DNA from: a virus
Taxonomy: Duplodnaviria > Heunggongvirae > Uroviricota > Caudoviricetes
Strand: one strand, 5' to 3'
IMG/VR virus record: IMGVR_UViG_2537561978_000005
DNA length: 64,000 nt
Part shown: piece by piece, positions 35,094 through 45,521 of the stretch
Layout of the letters: each line of letters opens with the position of its first letter
How positions within the stretch are numbered: the first letter of the stretch is position 1
Made by a program: the position numbers and the translations under genes
The notes under the pieces: generated by a model
Databases searched by the model: none
What the model was told of the DNA's origin: nothing
What the model saw: only the letters and a program-made list of their open reading frames with translations

Positions 35094-35743
35094 AGCGTAG
35101 AGCGCAAATTGTTGGAACTGTGCACCCGGCAGGGCTTATGCGTGCTCAAGTCCGTGTTTTACCTGACTGGAATGGCGTTCCTGATGACGATCTACCCTGG
35201 GCGGAATACCTGTTACCCATCGGAAACGCTTTTGTACCCACAGTCAAAGGTGACCTGGTCTGGGTAGAGTTTCCTTATTTAGATGTTAACGGTCGAATAG
35301 ACACCAGACGCCCAATGATAGTTGGTGCCGCTCAGGATGCACCGGGAGGAATTCCAAACGTTGCACCAGAAGCATCTGGCAAAGGCAACGGCTGGACGCC
35401 GCCGGAAGTAGATGGAGCACCTCCCCGCCCCCAAATCTCAGCAACGAAAGACTTCGTTATTCACCGCAACAATATTCTTGAAGTACGAACTGCTGGTGGC
35501 GGCTATGAAATTGCCAATACGGCAGCAGGCTCAAGGATTGGCATGAATGAGTCCGGGCAGATATATATCATTGGTCCGGCTGATGTAATCGTGAATGCAG
35601 GAGGGAGTGTTAACGTCAAATCAACCAACAACATCAATGTTAAAGGGGAAAATATTGCTGTCACCGCTAACGGAGACATAGCTTTCAAGGCAGGAGGAAC
35701 CTTTCAGGCCACTGCTGGCAACTTCGATTTCAAGAAAGGATAG
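35090..35743 (+). CDS. baseplate central spike (gpV/gp45-like)
   Basis: 217 aa; N-terminal OB-fold-like LMRAQVRVLPDW ... GDLVWVEF ... MIVGA and Gly-rich beta-helical C-terminus. Confidence 0.5.
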   Translation: MKRRAQIVGTVHPAGLMRAQVRVLPDWNGVPDDDLPWAEYLLPIGNAFVPTVKGDLVWVEFPYLDVNGRIDTRRPMIVGAAQDAPGGIPNVAPEASGKGNGWTPPEVDGAPPRPQISATKDFVIHRNNILEVRTAGGGYEIANTAAGSRIGMNESGQIYIIGPADVIVNAGGSVNVKSTNNINVKGENIAVTANGDIAFKAGGTFQATAGNFDFKKG

Positions 35744-35754
35744 AAAATGCACCC

Positions 35755-35795
35755 ATTTGTGTTAGATAATTAATATGTATTTTCTAACACAAATG
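35755..35795. promoter_or_regulatory. inverted-repeat operator-like element CATTTGTGTTAGA(N15)TCTAACACAAATG upstream of hrdC
   Basis: 13-bp inverted arms containing the TCTAACA core. Confidence 0.45.
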
Positions 35796-35802
35796 GTGAG
35801 AC

Positions 35803-36708
35803 ATGAGATCAGTCGCTTTCAAAAATATCTTCATCTATCGTCTTTCACGCGAAGTTAGCTGGGATACTGCAGAAGTAAATGCAGCCCTTAGCAAGTTTGT
35901 GTTTACCCCATGCGGTTCTCAGGATATGGCTAAAGCTGGTTGGACCTCCGTTCTTGGTGACAACCTCACCCATGAATACCAGGGTTTTCTTCTGATACAG
36001 CATAAACGAGAGGAAAAAATCCTACCTTCTCAAGTGCTCAAAGAAGAGTTACAGAAAAAAATCCTGACACTTGAAGAAGAGCAAGACAGAAAGCTGAAGA
36101 AGACCGAAAAAGATTCGCTGAAGGATGAAGTGCTTCACTCTCTTCTTCCTCGTGCTTTCACGAGAAAATCACTCGCCAAAATCCTGATCGACCGCAGCAA
36201 CCATCTGGTATTCGTTGAGGCAAGCAGCGCCAAAAAGGCAGAGGACCAGCTGGCTTTATTGCGAAAATCGCTCGGCAGCCTGCCTGTCATTCCATTCACA
36301 CCACGCGAACCGCTGGAAATTACAATGACCGAGTGGTTTAAAAACGGCTTCCCTGCCGGATTTACAGCAGGTGAAGACGCCACATTAAAGGGTCTGCTCG
36401 ATAATGGTGGTGCCGTTCGCTGCAACAAAGTTGATCTACAGTCCGACGAGATTATGTCTCACATTGAGGCGGGGAAAGTAGCTACGACCGTTGCAATTAA
36501 CTGGATGGACCGCGCGTCGTTCAGAGTCAACGATGATATGAGTATCAAAGCCCTGACATTCTGTGATGATCTCTATGACCAGAACGACGATATCGACCGG
36601 GAGGATGTAGCACAACGATTTGATGCTGATTTCGTGCTCTTTACGGGCGAATTATCTGCACTGTTTAACGCGCTGGTGGAGGCCATTGGCGGTGAAGCAG
36701 AACGTTAA
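35803..36708 (+). CDS. hrdC: RdgC-like recombination-associated protein
   Basis: 301 aa; long colinear matches to recalled E. coli RdgC ([66 protein letters not shown]); hrdC-dmt order as in P1. Confidence 0.85.
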   Translation: MRSVAFKNIFIYRLSREVSWDTAEVNAALSKFVFTPCGSQDMAKAGWTSVLGDNLTHEYQGFLLIQHKREEKILPSQVLKEELQKKILTLEEEQDRKLKKTEKDSLKDEVLHSLLPRAFTRKSLAKILIDRSNHLVFVEASSAKKAEDQLALLRKSLGSLPVIPFTPREPLEITMTEWFKNGFPAGFTAGEDATLKGLLDNGGAVRCNKVDLQSDEIMSHIEAGKVATTVAINWMDRASFRVNDDMSIKALTFCDDLYDQNDDIDREDVAQRFDADFVLFTGELSALFNALVEAIGGEAER

Positions 36709-38980
36709 CCTTAGATATGGTTCAGTTTGCAGTGGAATTGAAGCAGCGAGCATTGCCTGGGAACCGTTGGGTATGCGTCCGGCGTGGTTTGCTGAAATCG
36801 AGCCTTTTCCATCTGCCGTTCTTGCGCACCGCTGGCCCCATGTCGCCAACCTTGGCGATATGACAAAACTTGCCAAAAAAGTCCTGGCTGGGGAAATCGA
36901 ATCCCCTGATGTGCTCGTCGGGGGAACACCTTGTCAGGCATTCAGTATCGCTGGATTACGTGGTGGGCTTGATGATGAGCGTGGCGCGCTAACTTTAAAG
37001 TATGTGGAGCTTGCAAATGCAATTGACGACAAACGGGCTGAGTCATTTCTCAAACCAGCCGTTATCGTCTGGGAAAATGTCCCAGGAGTCTTGTCATCGG
37101 CAGATAACGCCTTCGGATGTTTCCTTGCCGGATTGGCTGGAGAAGATGCGCCATTCGAACCAGGTGCTCGACCTGAATCACGAAAAAGTAACGCGTTCTG
37201 GCGGTGGGATGTCAAAACCAGTTGCCATGCTCCAAAGTGGCCGCAGTGTGGTTGTATTTATGGACCGCAGCGAAAAGTGGCCTGGAGAATCCTTGATGCC
37301 CAATACTTCGGAGTGGCACAACGACGCCGACGCGTGTTTGTTGTCGCAAGTGCTCGAACAGACCTCGATCCCGCAACGATACTTTTTGAGTTCGAAGGCG
37401 TGCGCCGGGATATTGCGCCGAGCCGAAAAAAGAAGGAAATCGCTTCCGCCATTATTGCAAATGGCGCTGCAATCAGTGGCGAAAGCCTAAATCCATGCCT
37501 ACACGCTGACATTCCACCCGGTATGAAATCGACGAAAGCCGTAAACGCTTTCAGGATGGCAGCATTTGGGGAATATATTGACGATGAAACCGCATCGACA
37601 GTAAAGGCAAGAGATTTTAAAGATGCCACTGACCTTACCGTTTTTAGCAGCACAGGAGCAGGTTTTTGGTCAGAAGGGCATGGTACATTGCGGGCACGTG
37701 AGCAAGAAAGCCATGAGCATCTTGTTACATTAGCTTTTCCTGAGCGTATGAGCGGTACACAACATGCTGCAACTAAGAATACTTCACCATCTCTAATGGC
37801 TCAAAATCCAACAGCCGTTTGCTATGAAGTAAGAAACGCAGAAGTAGCTGTCCGCCGTCTTACCCCTGTCGAATGTGAAAGGCTGCAAGGTTTTCCTGAT
37901 GGGCATACGTTGATCCCTACGGAAAAGCGTAAAACAATTTCCTCAGATGAACTGGCATACCTTCGCAATCACTATCCAGATTTAAGCGAAGAAGAAGCCG
38001 CGATGCTCGCTGCTGACGGGCCGCGTTACAAAGCGATTGGCAACAGCATGGCAGTTCCTGTTATGCAATGGATTGGGTGTCGCATTCTTGCGACTGTGGA
38101 AGCTAAACAGCCAAAAACAATAAATACCATTACCTACACAAGAAAACTCCGGACTCCGGATGAATATGAGCGTCCGATCTTCAAATGGGTAGGCGGTAAA
38201 TTCTCAGAGTTGCCTACAGTGCTTGAGCATCTACCACACGGCAAGCGGTTAATAGAACCGTTCGTTGGTGGCGGTTCTGTATTTACGAATGCAGGATTTC
38301 GCCACAACCTGCTTAATGATATTAACGGTGACCTGATTAACTTCTATCAGACATTGCAGCGAGAAGGACATTCGCTCGTCACGCTGTCATATAGTTTTTT
38401 CCAAAATTACAACAACGCTGACGCTTACCTCGAAGTGCGTGAGGCATTTAACAGAGGAAAGTATGACCAGCTACATCATGCTGCCGCCTTTTTGTACCTT
38501 AATCGGCACTGTTTTAATGGCGTAACGCGGTACAACCAAAATGGCGAGTTCAACGTGGGGTATGGCAAATACAAAGCGCCCTACTTCCCACATGCAGAGA
38601 TGGAGGCATTTTTGGCTGATGACGTACTCAAAAACACGTCCTTTGTATCAGGTGACTTTGCTGGCGTCATCGAGGCGGCTGGTGAAGGCGATGTGATTTT
38701 TTGCGATCCGCCGTATGAACCGCTGCCGGATACAGAAGGGTTTACCAGTTATTCAGGAAATAGCTTCCGTTTCGACGAACAGAAACGGCTGGTATCTCTA
38801 TTGGTGGAAGCCCACCAGCGCGGCGCTAAGGTAGTGATAACAAATAGTGGTGCGCCAAACATCCGTGAACTATATGAAGGAAACGGGTTTAAAGTACATC
38901 ATATGGCAGCCAGACGGTCGGTTTCCTGCAAGGCGTCAACACGTGTAGTTGCTAACGATATAATTGCAATAATGAAGTAA
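36692..38980 (+). CDS. dmt: bifunctional DNA methyltransferase: N-terminal C5-cytosine MTase fused to C-terminal Dam-like N6-adenine MTase
   Basis: [12 protein letters not shown] (PCQ) and ENVPGV motifs N-terminally; DPPY motif C-terminally; likely GTG start 36692 (GGAGG 9 nt upstream) rather than track start 36620. Confidence 0.85.
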   Translation: MKQNVNLRYGSVCSGIEAASIAWEPLGMRPAWFAEIEPFPSAVLAHRWPHVANLGDMTKLAKKVLAGEIESPDVLVGGTPCQAFSIAGLRGGLDDERGALTLKYVELANAIDDKRAESFLKPAVIVWENVPGVLSSADNAFGCFLAGLAGEDAPFEPGARPESRKSNAFWRWDVKTSCHAPKWPQCGCIYGPQRKVAWRILDAQYFGVAQRRRRVFVVASARTDLDPATILFEFEGVRRDIAPSRKKKEIASAIIANGAAISGESLNPCLHADIPPGMKSTKAVNAFRMAAFGEYIDDETASTVKARDFKDATDLTVFSSTGAGFWSEGHGTLRAREQESHEHLVTLAFPERMSGTQHAATKNTSPSLMAQNPTAVCYEVRNAEVAVRRLTPVECERLQGFPDGHTLIPTEKRKTISSDELAYLRNHYPDLSEEEAAMLAADGPRYKAIGNSMAVPVMQWIGCRILATVEAKQPKTINTITYTRKLRTPDEYERPIFKWVGGKFSELPTVLEHLPHGKRLIEPFVGGGSVFTNAGFRHNLLNDINGDLINFYQTLQREGHSLVTLSYSFFQNYNNADAYLEVREAFNRGKYDQLHHAAAFLYLNRHCFNGVTRYNQNGEFNVGYGKYKAPYFPHAEMEAFLADDVLKNTSFVSGDFAGVIEAAGEGDVIFCDPPYEPLPDTEGFTSYSGNSFRFDEQKRLVSLLVEAHQRGAKVVITNSGAPNIRELYEGNGFKVHHMAARRSVSCKASTRVVANDIIAIMK

Positions 38981-38982
38981 AA

Positions 38983-39011
38983 AACGCCGCAGTAGCGGCG
39001 TTTACTTTTTT
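38983..39011. terminator. bidirectional intrinsic terminator AACGCCGC-AGTA-GCGGCGTT
   Basis: 8-bp stem between convergent dmt and glnS, T-runs on both sides. Confidence 0.6.
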
Positions 39012-39028
39012 ATGTGGCGAAATACCTA

Positions 39029-40690
39029 TTAACCTAACTTCGCCCAGGTATCACGCAGCCCAACGGTGCGGTTAAATACCGGTTTTTCCGCCGTAGAATG
39101 GCGGCTATCGAGGCAGAAGTAACCTTCACGCTCAAACTGGAATGCTTTACCCGCAACCGCATCTTTCAGCGACGGTTCAGCAAAGCCCTGTTTGATCACC
39201 AGCGATTCCGGGTTAATCACCGACAGGAAATCATCCGCAGCACCAGGGTTCGGCACGCTGAACAGACGGTCGTACAGACGGATTTCAACCGGCAGCGCAT
39301 GTGCCGCGCTCACCCAGTGAATAACACCTTTGACTTTACGACCATCTGCCGGATCTTTGCTTAAGGTGTCGGCGTCATAAGTACAGAAGATGGTGGTGAT
39401 ATTGCCTTCGGCATCTTTCTCCACGCGTTCTGCCTTAATGACGTAAGCATTACGCAGACGCACTTCTTTACCCAGCACCAGACGTTTGTACTGCTTGTTA
39501 GCTTCTTCGCGGAAATCGGCGCGATCGATCCAAATCTCACCGCTAAACGGCACCTGGCGGCTACCCATTTCCGGTTTGTTTGGATGGTTCGGCATGGTGA
39601 CCATTTCGCCTTCGCCCTGGTAGTTTTCGATAACCAGTTTCACCGGATCGATAACCGCCATTGCGCGCGGGGCATTTTCGTTGAGATCTTCACGGATGCA
39701 GGATTCCAGCGACGCCATCTCAATGGTGTTGTCCTGCTTGGTCACGCCGATGCGTTTGCAGAACTCACGAATAGAAGCCGCAGTGTAACCACGACGACGC
39801 AGACCGGAAATGGTCGGCATACGCGGGTCATCCCAGCCTTCAACGTGCTTGTCGGTTACCAGCTGGTTCAGCTTACGCTTGGACATCACGGTGTATTCCA
39901 GATTCAGGCGCGAGAATTCGTACTGGCGCGGATGAACAGGAATGGTGATGTTGTCCAGTACCCAGTCGTACAGACGACGGTTGTCCTGGAACTCCAGCGT
40001 GCACAGAGAGTGCGTAATGCCTTCCAGCGCATCGCTGATGCAGTGGGTGAAGTCGTACATCGGGTAGATGCACCACTTGTTGCCAGTCTGGTGGTGTTCA
40101 GCAAACTTAATACGGTACAGCACCGGATCGCGCATGACGATAAACGGCGACGCCATGTCGATTTTCGCACGCAGGCAGGCTTTACCTTCTTCAAAACCAC
40201 CAGTACGCATTTTCTCGAACAGCGCCAGGTTCTCTTCAACGCTGCGGGCGCGGTACGGGCTGTTTTTACCCGGCTGAGTCAGGGTGCCACGATATTCACG
40301 GATCTGTTCCGGCGTCAGTTCATCGACATACGCCAAACCTTTGTTGATTAGTTCAACAGCATAGGCATGGAGTTTGTCAAAATAATCGGAGGAGTAACGG
40401 ATGTTTCCAGACCAGTGAAAACCTAACCATTCAACGTCGTTTTTAATCGACTCGACGTACTCGATATCTTCTTTTACCGGGTTAGTGTCGTCGAAACGCA
40501 GGTTGCACTGGCCTTTATAGTCCTGGGCGATCCCGAAGTTCAGGCAGATAGATTTCGCATGACCAATATGCAGATAGCCATTCGGTTCCGGCGGAAAACG
40601 GGTATGTACTGTGGTGTGCTTACCACTGGCCAGATCTTCATCGATGATCTGACGAATAAAGTTAGTCGGGCGGGCTTCTGCCTCACTCAT
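39029..40690 (-). CDS. glnS: glutaminyl-tRNA synthetase (GlnRS), full length
   Basis: 553 aa essentially colinear with recalled E. coli GlnS incl. HIGH motif PNGYLHIGH and VMSKR motif; flanked by phage/plasmid genes, not chromosomal neighbours. Confidence 0.95.
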   Translation of the reverse strand: MSEAEARPTNFIRQIIDEDLASGKHTTVHTRFPPEPNGYLHIGHAKSICLNFGIAQDYKGQCNLRFDDTNPVKEDIEYVESIKNDVEWLGFHWSGNIRYSSDYFDKLHAYAVELINKGLAYVDELTPEQIREYRGTLTQPGKNSPYRARSVEENLALFEKMRTGGFEEGKACLRAKIDMASPFIVMRDPVLYRIKFAEHHQTGNKWCIYPMYDFTHCISDALEGITHSLCTLEFQDNRRLYDWVLDNITIPVHPRQYEFSRLNLEYTVMSKRKLNQLVTDKHVEGWDDPRMPTISGLRRRGYTAASIREFCKRIGVTKQDNTIEMASLESCIREDLNENAPRAMAVIDPVKLVIENYQGEGEMVTMPNHPNKPEMGSRQVPFSGEIWIDRADFREEANKQYKRLVLGKEVRLRNAYVIKAERVEKDAEGNITTIFCTYDADTLSKDPADGRKVKGVIHWVSAAHALPVEIRLYDRLFSVPNPGAADDFLSVINPESLVIKQGFAEPSLKDAVAGKAFQFEREGYFCLDSRHSTAEKPVFNRTVGLRDTWAKLG

Positions 40691-40839
40691 TGTGGATTCC
40701 TCAAAGCGTAAACAACGTATAACGGCGTATGATCTTATAAGCAGAATAGGCTGACAACCACTAGTTGGTTAGAAATTACTTTCTATAGTTGTTTCAATAA
40801 TGAGCTTTTTCATCAAGCCCACTTCTGCTCATAAGTAAA

Positions 40840-40920
40840 CCAGTGCTAAATGGTACACAATTGGCACCAAAAAGGATGTAAAGGTGCACCAAATCGGTGC
40901 TACATTGGTACACCTTTGGT
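40840..40920. repeat. cluster of short GGTACAC/GGTGCACC/GGCACC repeats (centromere- or operator-like)
   Basis: read directly between glnS and parG-like gene; similar motifs recur upstream of parA. Confidence 0.3.
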
Positions 40921-40958
40921 TCAATAATTTTTAAGTTCTAAAACCAACCTGAAAGACA

Positions 40959-41243
40959 TTATTTTGCTTCCTCAGACTCCGCTAACATGAGGATTGCATG
41001 CCGAATCAAGTTCAATTTGCTGCGGTTCAGTTTTTTGCTTAAATCATCGAGTACGCCGTACTCATATTCATTAAAGCTCACGCGTATGGATTTAAAGTCA
41101 CGCGGCGCATCTTTATCTGGAGTTTGAGTTGCAGCCTCAACGCCCGGCACCAAATCGGCTTTAATGGCGAACTCTTCAATGCGGCGCTCTAGTTCAGGGT
41201 CTTTTACAGCTTGTGCATTCACTGGCTCACGGCGCTTAATCAC
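40959..41243 (-). CDS. ribbon-helix-helix centromere-binding protein (ParG-like)
   Basis: 94 aa; C-terminal RSKLNLIRHAILML; directly downstream of and overlapping small ParA. Confidence 0.55.
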   Translation of the reverse strand: MIKRREPVNAQAVKDPELERRIEEFAIKADLVPGVEAATQTPDKDAPRDFKSIRVSFNEYEYGVLDDLSKKLNRSKLNLIRHAILMLAESEEAK

Positions 41244-41872
41244 GATAACAACTCCTTAATCAACATCTGAATCTCGCCCTTTGCTTTCCCGTTGTCCATT
41301 TCAACAACCCCCTTCCCTTCTGCCATGCAGTCACGATAAATCTTACGGTCACGGACGACGGTTTTCAGGAGTTCAAGTTGCGGGTATTCAGCAAGATATT
41401 CCCTTGCCTCATTGGCTTCGTTAACGACCGGGTTGGATGGTGCCATAGTCAGCATGGCATACGCCTTAAGTTTAGGGTTGAAATCCATCGCCTCAGCTAT
41501 AACCTCAACAAGGTGCGGTAGAGTATCCAGATCCGGCTGGGAAGGACGGAACGGCACCAGAAGCACATCTGCCGCTGTCATGCCTGTACGCATCTCACGA
41601 CTGTCGCGACCAGCAGTATCGACGACAACGTACTCGTAACGTTTATCCAGATCGAGCAGCGTCTCACGAATATTATCGAACTTCTGCACGCAGTGAATGA
41701 CAGGGGCAACCTCACCTGCATTACGGTCTGACGCCCATCGAGCTGCCGTTCCCTGCTTATCAGCATCAATCAAGACGACATCTTTGTTTTTTCGGGCCAG
41801 CTCGGCACAAATATTGACGCTGGTGGTTGACTTGCCACAGCCTCCCTTTTGACTTGCTACCAAGATAATCAT
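41240..41872 (-). CDS. parA: ParA-family partition ATPase (small type Ib, ParF-like)
   Basis: 210 aa; deviant Walker A SQKGGCGKST. Confidence 0.85.
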   Translation of the reverse strand: MIILVASQKGGCGKSTTSVNICAELARKNKDVVLIDADKQGTAARWASDRNAGEVAPVIHCVQKFDNIRETLLDLDKRYEYVVVDTAGRDSREMRTGMTAADVLLVPFRPSQPDLDTLPHLVEVIAEAMDFNPKLKAYAMLTMAPSNPVVNEANEAREYLAEYPQLELLKTVVRDRKIYRDCMAEGKGVVEMDNGKAKGEIQMLIKELLS

Positions 41873-41879
41873 GTCCGCA

Positions 41880-42110
41880 CCTCGGCTTTATTACGGCTCT
41901 ATTTTCACACTAAAACGGTACCGATTTAACACATCAACGGTACAGCAATAGCACCATTCTTAATGCCGGGAGTATAACATCAAATCAGATGGATGCTGGT
42001 ACACGTTTTGCGCCTGAATAGCACTAAATTAGTACCAAATATGTACCAGTACATTAACAACACCAATTCGGCGTTGTTTTGGTGGCACTTCAACACCATT
42101 TTGACACCAA
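41880..42110. repeat. GTAC/GCAC-rich repeat array upstream of parA (candidate centromere/promoter)
   Basis: cggtaccg, cggtacag, tggtacac, agtaccaa, tgtaccag, gtggcac read directly. Confidence 0.3.
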
Positions 42111-42114
42111 ATTT

Positions 42115-42142
42115 GAACAAAAAAGGCTGCAATTTGCAGCCT
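42115..42142 (-). terminator. intrinsic terminator AGGCTGCAA-TT-TGCAGCCT + T6 on minus strand
   Basis: immediately after parR-like stop. Confidence 0.6.
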
Positions 42143-42161
42143 TAAGATAGAGTATGAACCG

Positions 42162-42506
42162 TCAATCAGGTAGAGAGTCAGCCAGATTGCGCGCCGACGC
42201 GCTTTTGGCAACAACTTGCTCCTTCACTGGCTCAATGGAGGCAGGTCGCTCTTCAACCGCAGCAGGTAGTTCCAGGAAGGATGCCAGCATTTTTCGGATC
42301 AGCTCCGGGTTATTGTCTTCGGTCAGCAGGGAAGCCAGTAATCCTGGAAGCCTGCTATCGACTTCTCCCAGCGCAAGCCCTGCCAACAATGCAGTTCTTG
42401 CCATATCGCTATGTTTTTTTATCTTCTCGCTCGCCGCCTTTTCATTGGCATAAGCCTCTGGGCGAAGATAAATCATCACTTTCTTACGTTCCTGAGACAT
42501 GGACAT
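42162..42506 (-). CDS. parR: ParR-like centromere-binding adaptor
   Basis: 114-aa ORF immediately downstream of parM; assignment by position and size. Confidence 0.55.
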   Translation of the reverse strand: MSMSQERKKVMIYLRPEAYANEKAASEKIKKHSDMARTALLAGLALGEVDSRLPGLLASLLTEDNNPELIRKMLASFLELPAAVEERPASIEPVKEQVVAKSASARNLADSLPD

Positions 42507-42512
42507 ACCTCG

Positions 42513-43493
42513 TTAACCGATTGCTTTCAGGCCATGAACAAGAGCAAGTTGCGGGTCATCCGCCACGAAGAAACGGTCATCACGAATATTAACTTGCTCG
42601 CGAATTGCATCTGCCACCAGCGGTGCGCCACCACCGATCACCATGACATGCGTATATCCTTTAAAGTCGCCAATCACATCAAGAACGCGGGTACGCAGAC
42701 GGTCAATGCTTGCGGCAATGGCCTTTTTCACATCACCAATCGCTGATGGGTCATTGATATTGTCGTTCAGATAATCTTCATCGTGGCGGTTAATAATGAG
42801 CTGATCAACATTGTAATTGGACGTTTCGGTATTGGCTCTGGCAAGTGCTTGCCTTACTTCCCTGGTAACCAGAGAGACGCCAAGATTCGAATCGCCAAAA
42901 ACACGGGAAACTGCCGTCATTTGCCCGGCGACCATTGAAACATCAAGGGTAGTTCCACCCAAATCGACGATAAGAACAGAATGGGCAGGGTTCAGATTGT
43001 CGCACAGGCCAATTCCTGCCGGAATAGACTCCGGTCGTACCGTAACTTTCTTAATCGTGAACACATTGCCTTTATTCAACGTGACGGGGCGCATAAGACT
43101 GGATTTCTTGCGCTCGATGTTATCGAGATTGTATTGCGCGTCGTCGTCGTAAAACTCCGCCAGAGGCAGCGTGACCACAATTTCTACTTCCTGCGGCTCA
43201 ATGCCACTTGTCAGCAGGGCATGGTGAACAGCCAGGACGTTAAGCGGGCTGTATTGCCATTCCACGTTATTCGTCGGCAGAACATCTGGCGAGATCAAAT
43301 CATACGAATACTTTTCGTCGTCAATGACATAGTTAAACGGCTTGCCAGCACAAAATGTTGCTGACCATCCGCGCTTAAAGCTGTTAGGGCTGATGTGAGT
43401 GCGAGTTTCCCCGTCGTGCTCCCACAGCATTTTGATATTGGTTGAACCATCATCGATAAAAATGCGCATCTTCTTGCTCCACTTCTGAGACAC
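42513..43493 (-). CDS. parM: ParM/StbA actin-like partition ATPase
   Basis: 326 aa; MRIFIDDGSTNIK, HISPNSFKR, IVDLGGTTLDVS, YGDSNLGVSLVT, GYTHVMVIGGGA match recalled R1 ParM. Confidence 0.85.
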   Translation of the reverse strand: MSQKWSKKMRIFIDDGSTNIKMLWEHDGETRTHISPNSFKRGWSATFCAGKPFNYVIDDEKYSYDLISPDVLPTNNVEWQYSPLNVLAVHHALLTSGIEPQEVEIVVTLPLAEFYDDDAQYNLDNIERKKSSLMRPVTLNKGNVFTIKKVTVRPESIPAGIGLCDNLNPAHSVLIVDLGGTTLDVSMVAGQMTAVSRVFGDSNLGVSLVTREVRQALARANTETSNYNVDQLIINRHDEDYLNDNINDPSAIGDVKKAIAASIDRLRTRVLDVIGDFKGYTHVMVIGGGAPLVADAIREQVNIRDDRFFVADDPQLALVHGLKAIG

Positions 43494-43700
43494 ATTTGAG
43501 AATCAAAATGCAATTTTAAAAGAGAAGCACCCAAAAATCCACACCAAAAGAGATAATAAAGAGTGATTATTGAGTTCATTTTGAGAATATCTTAATCACC
43601 CAATGAATGATGGTCTGACAGTGAGATTTATTTGAGGATGAATTGAGAATACAAAAATATTCCGAAATTTTACTCTCAGTTTGAATGACGAAATAACAAA
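43494..43700. repeat. parC-like centromere/promoter: iterated TTGAGAAT-type repeats
   Basis: tttgagaatc, ttgagttc, ttttgagaatatc, tttgaggatgaattgagaatac, tttgaatgac upstream of parM. Confidence 0.4.
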
Positions 43701-43735
43701 GTGATGACAATAGGAGGATAACCAGGAGGTGAAGA

Positions 43736-44020
43736 ATGAGCGCAATAGCCACCAGCGACACCCTTTGTTCTGGTCACGGAGGATTTCCGCCGCGACTGGT
43801 AGCTGAAACTGTTCCCTGGTTCACCGTTAACGGTAAGCCAATTGTTGTAGATGGTGCCATGTTTCCCAGTCACACTGACGGTAACAGTGCACATCCAGGG
43901 GCAGCTGTATCGACGCGAGTATGGTTTTCGATAGGTGGAAAGGGAGTTGTCTGTGTAGGCGATCCGCTTTCTTGTGGTTCTGTTATCGCCAACGGCGAGG
44001 ATATTTTTCAGGTTGCATAA
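43736..44020 (+). CDS. PAAR-like spike-tip protein
   Basis: 94 aa; TVNGKPIVVDGA, HPGAA, SIGGKGVVCVGDPLSCGSVIANG. Confidence 0.55.
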   Translation: MSAIATSDTLCSGHGGFPPRLVAETVPWFTVNGKPIVVDGAMFPSHTDGNSAHPGAAVSTRVWFSIGGKGVVCVGDPLSCGSVIANGEDIFQVA

Positions 44021-44826
44021 TGCTTGATTCAATAGGTGAAGTTAAAGCCTTCAAAATTCTGTCAGATGCCGGTATCTCTACACCAGAATCTATAACCATA
44101 AGCCGGGCAGCGTCTGTAAAAGCCTCATCACTCGCCAGCGCCATACAGGGAATAGTTCACGCCGATAAAACCTATCCTGATTCTGTTTCGGCCTGGACTA
44201 CTCAATTGCTTGGCTTTTCTGAACAGCTAAATGAGGCCAGCAAAGCGTCTTCATTACTGGCTGATTCTCTTTCCCCATACACCAAGCCATCAGAGCTGTT
44301 ACAGATGAAGATTGGCTGGGAATGCTACGTAAAAGGTAACGAGCTGACCCCCATACCTGCTTTCGCCCTTGTTGAGGGGATGGGGAATGTTTCCATTCCG
44401 CAATCTCTAACGGACGCATTGACGGCGCTAAAACTTGATGCTCTGAAAACCGCCATGAACGCCATTAACGCAAAAATAGAAGCTGCCGGAAGTGCTGGTG
44501 GTGGTGATAGCAATGGTGGACAGGGTGGTACTGGGGGCGCTCAGGCTCCAGTCATTACTCAGGATGAAATTGATGCTTTACGGGAAGCAGTGACAGCCGC
44601 CGAAGTTTTACTCTCCGAAATTAACTCAGCAAGTGAGAGTGTCGTAGCCCTTACAGGTCGCATTAAAACGTCAACCACTCAGGCAACCAAAGGTTTAGAA
44701 AACGCTGTCGCCATCACGTTAACTGGTTCTCTACTGGATGATGCAGTAATGAGTCCGGCAATCAGTTTAATCATGCCACAAGGCGTTATCGATGCGCTCC
44801 AAAAGAACACCAAAAAGGAACAATAG
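44020..44826 (+). CDS. hypothetical protein (probable virion-associated)
   Basis: 268 aa from ATG 44020 overlapping PAAR stop (TAATG). Confidence 0.45.
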   Translation: MLDSIGEVKAFKILSDAGISTPESITISRAASVKASSLASAIQGIVHADKTYPDSVSAWTTQLLGFSEQLNEASKASSLLADSLSPYTKPSELLQMKIGWECYVKGNELTPIPAFALVEGMGNVSIPQSLTDALTALKLDALKTAMNAINAKIEAAGSAGGGDSNGGQGGTGGAQAPVITQDEIDALREAVTAAEVLLSEINSASESVVALTGRIKTSTTQATKGLENAVAITLTGSLLDDAVMSPAISLIMPQGVIDALQKNTKKEQ

Positions 44827-44881
44827 CAACACCACTTAGGAACACAAAAGGATGTGAATTGGTACATGTTTAACACCAAAA

Positions 44882-45355
44882 ATGAACCTGAAGAGGATGG
44901 TTTTGAAAAAGATAATTTTGATTGTAATTGCGCTTTTAGCCATTTCTGGAATTTACCGAACAACGACGGCAGTTATCGAACACATCAGGTATGTCCGATC
45001 GCTTGAAGACTCAAAATCACAACTGGAAAGCACGAACAACACGCTTTCTACCGCATTACAGTTAAGTGAGAACGCTCGCTCAGCCATGCTGACCGAAAAC
45101 GAAAGAATTAAAGCACTGGAAAAGGAGTACCAGCGCAAAACAGCAGAACTGAATGCCAACCTAATCAAACAACGAGAGGAAAGCCAGAATGAAATCACTC
45201 GCCTTGAAAATGCGTTACGCCGTGCTGGGATTAACGATGTGCGTGTGCCTGATGACGTTATCAGGATGCAGCGGGAACGGGCAAAAGCCATCAACCAGCG
45301 TGCCAGTGAAAATTACCGTAGAAGCCACCAGCAAGCCGCAGGCAAATCTGATTGA
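44882..45355 (+). CDS. i-spanin-like protein (N-terminal TM helix + coiled coil)
   Basis: 157 aa; KKIILIVIALLAISGIY then coiled coil. Confidence 0.5.
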   Translation: MNLKRMVLKKIILIVIALLAISGIYRTTTAVIEHIRYVRSLEDSKSQLESTNNTLSTALQLSENARSAMLTENERIKALEKEYQRKTAELNANLIKQREESQNEITRLENALRRAGINDVRVPDDVIRMQRERAKAINQRASENYRRSHQQAAGKSD

Positions 45356-45521
45356 TTACTCCCCTTGTTTAGTGCCAGAGGACACGCCAGTGCTGTTAAA
45401 CAAGTATCCGACATACGCTGAACAGTTATTCAGCACGATCGACGAATGCAACCAACGAAACGCACTGAATAACCAAAAAAACAGGGAGATTTGGGAAGGG
45501 AAGGGGGATCAAGGCTCCTGA
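45189..45521 (+). CDS. o-spanin-like outer-membrane lipoprotein, overlapping i-spanin in another frame
   Basis: lipobox LSGC after signal peptide; start may be Met at 45210. Confidence 0.5.
   Translation: MKSLALKMRYAVLGLTMCVCLMTLSGCSGNGQKPSTSVPVKITVEATSKPQANLIDYSPCLVPEDTPVLLNKYPTYAEQLFSTIDECNQRNALNNQKNREIWEGKGDQGS

Noticed and set aside
36620-36691. ATG 36620 as the dmt start
   Set aside because: Would overlap hrdC by ~90 bp; GTG at 36692 has GGAGG at optimal spacing and methyltransferase motifs begin shortly after.
39098-40351. Plus-strand ORFs 39098..39364, 39584..40351 and 40068..40277 inside glnS
   Set aside because: Antisense frames within a highly conserved, confidently identified gene.
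39029-40690. glnS as evidence that the window is host chromosome
   Set aside because: Neighbours are dmt on one side and partition genes on the other, not chromosomal neighbours, and convergent terminators bracket the gene; treated as cargo on the mobile element.
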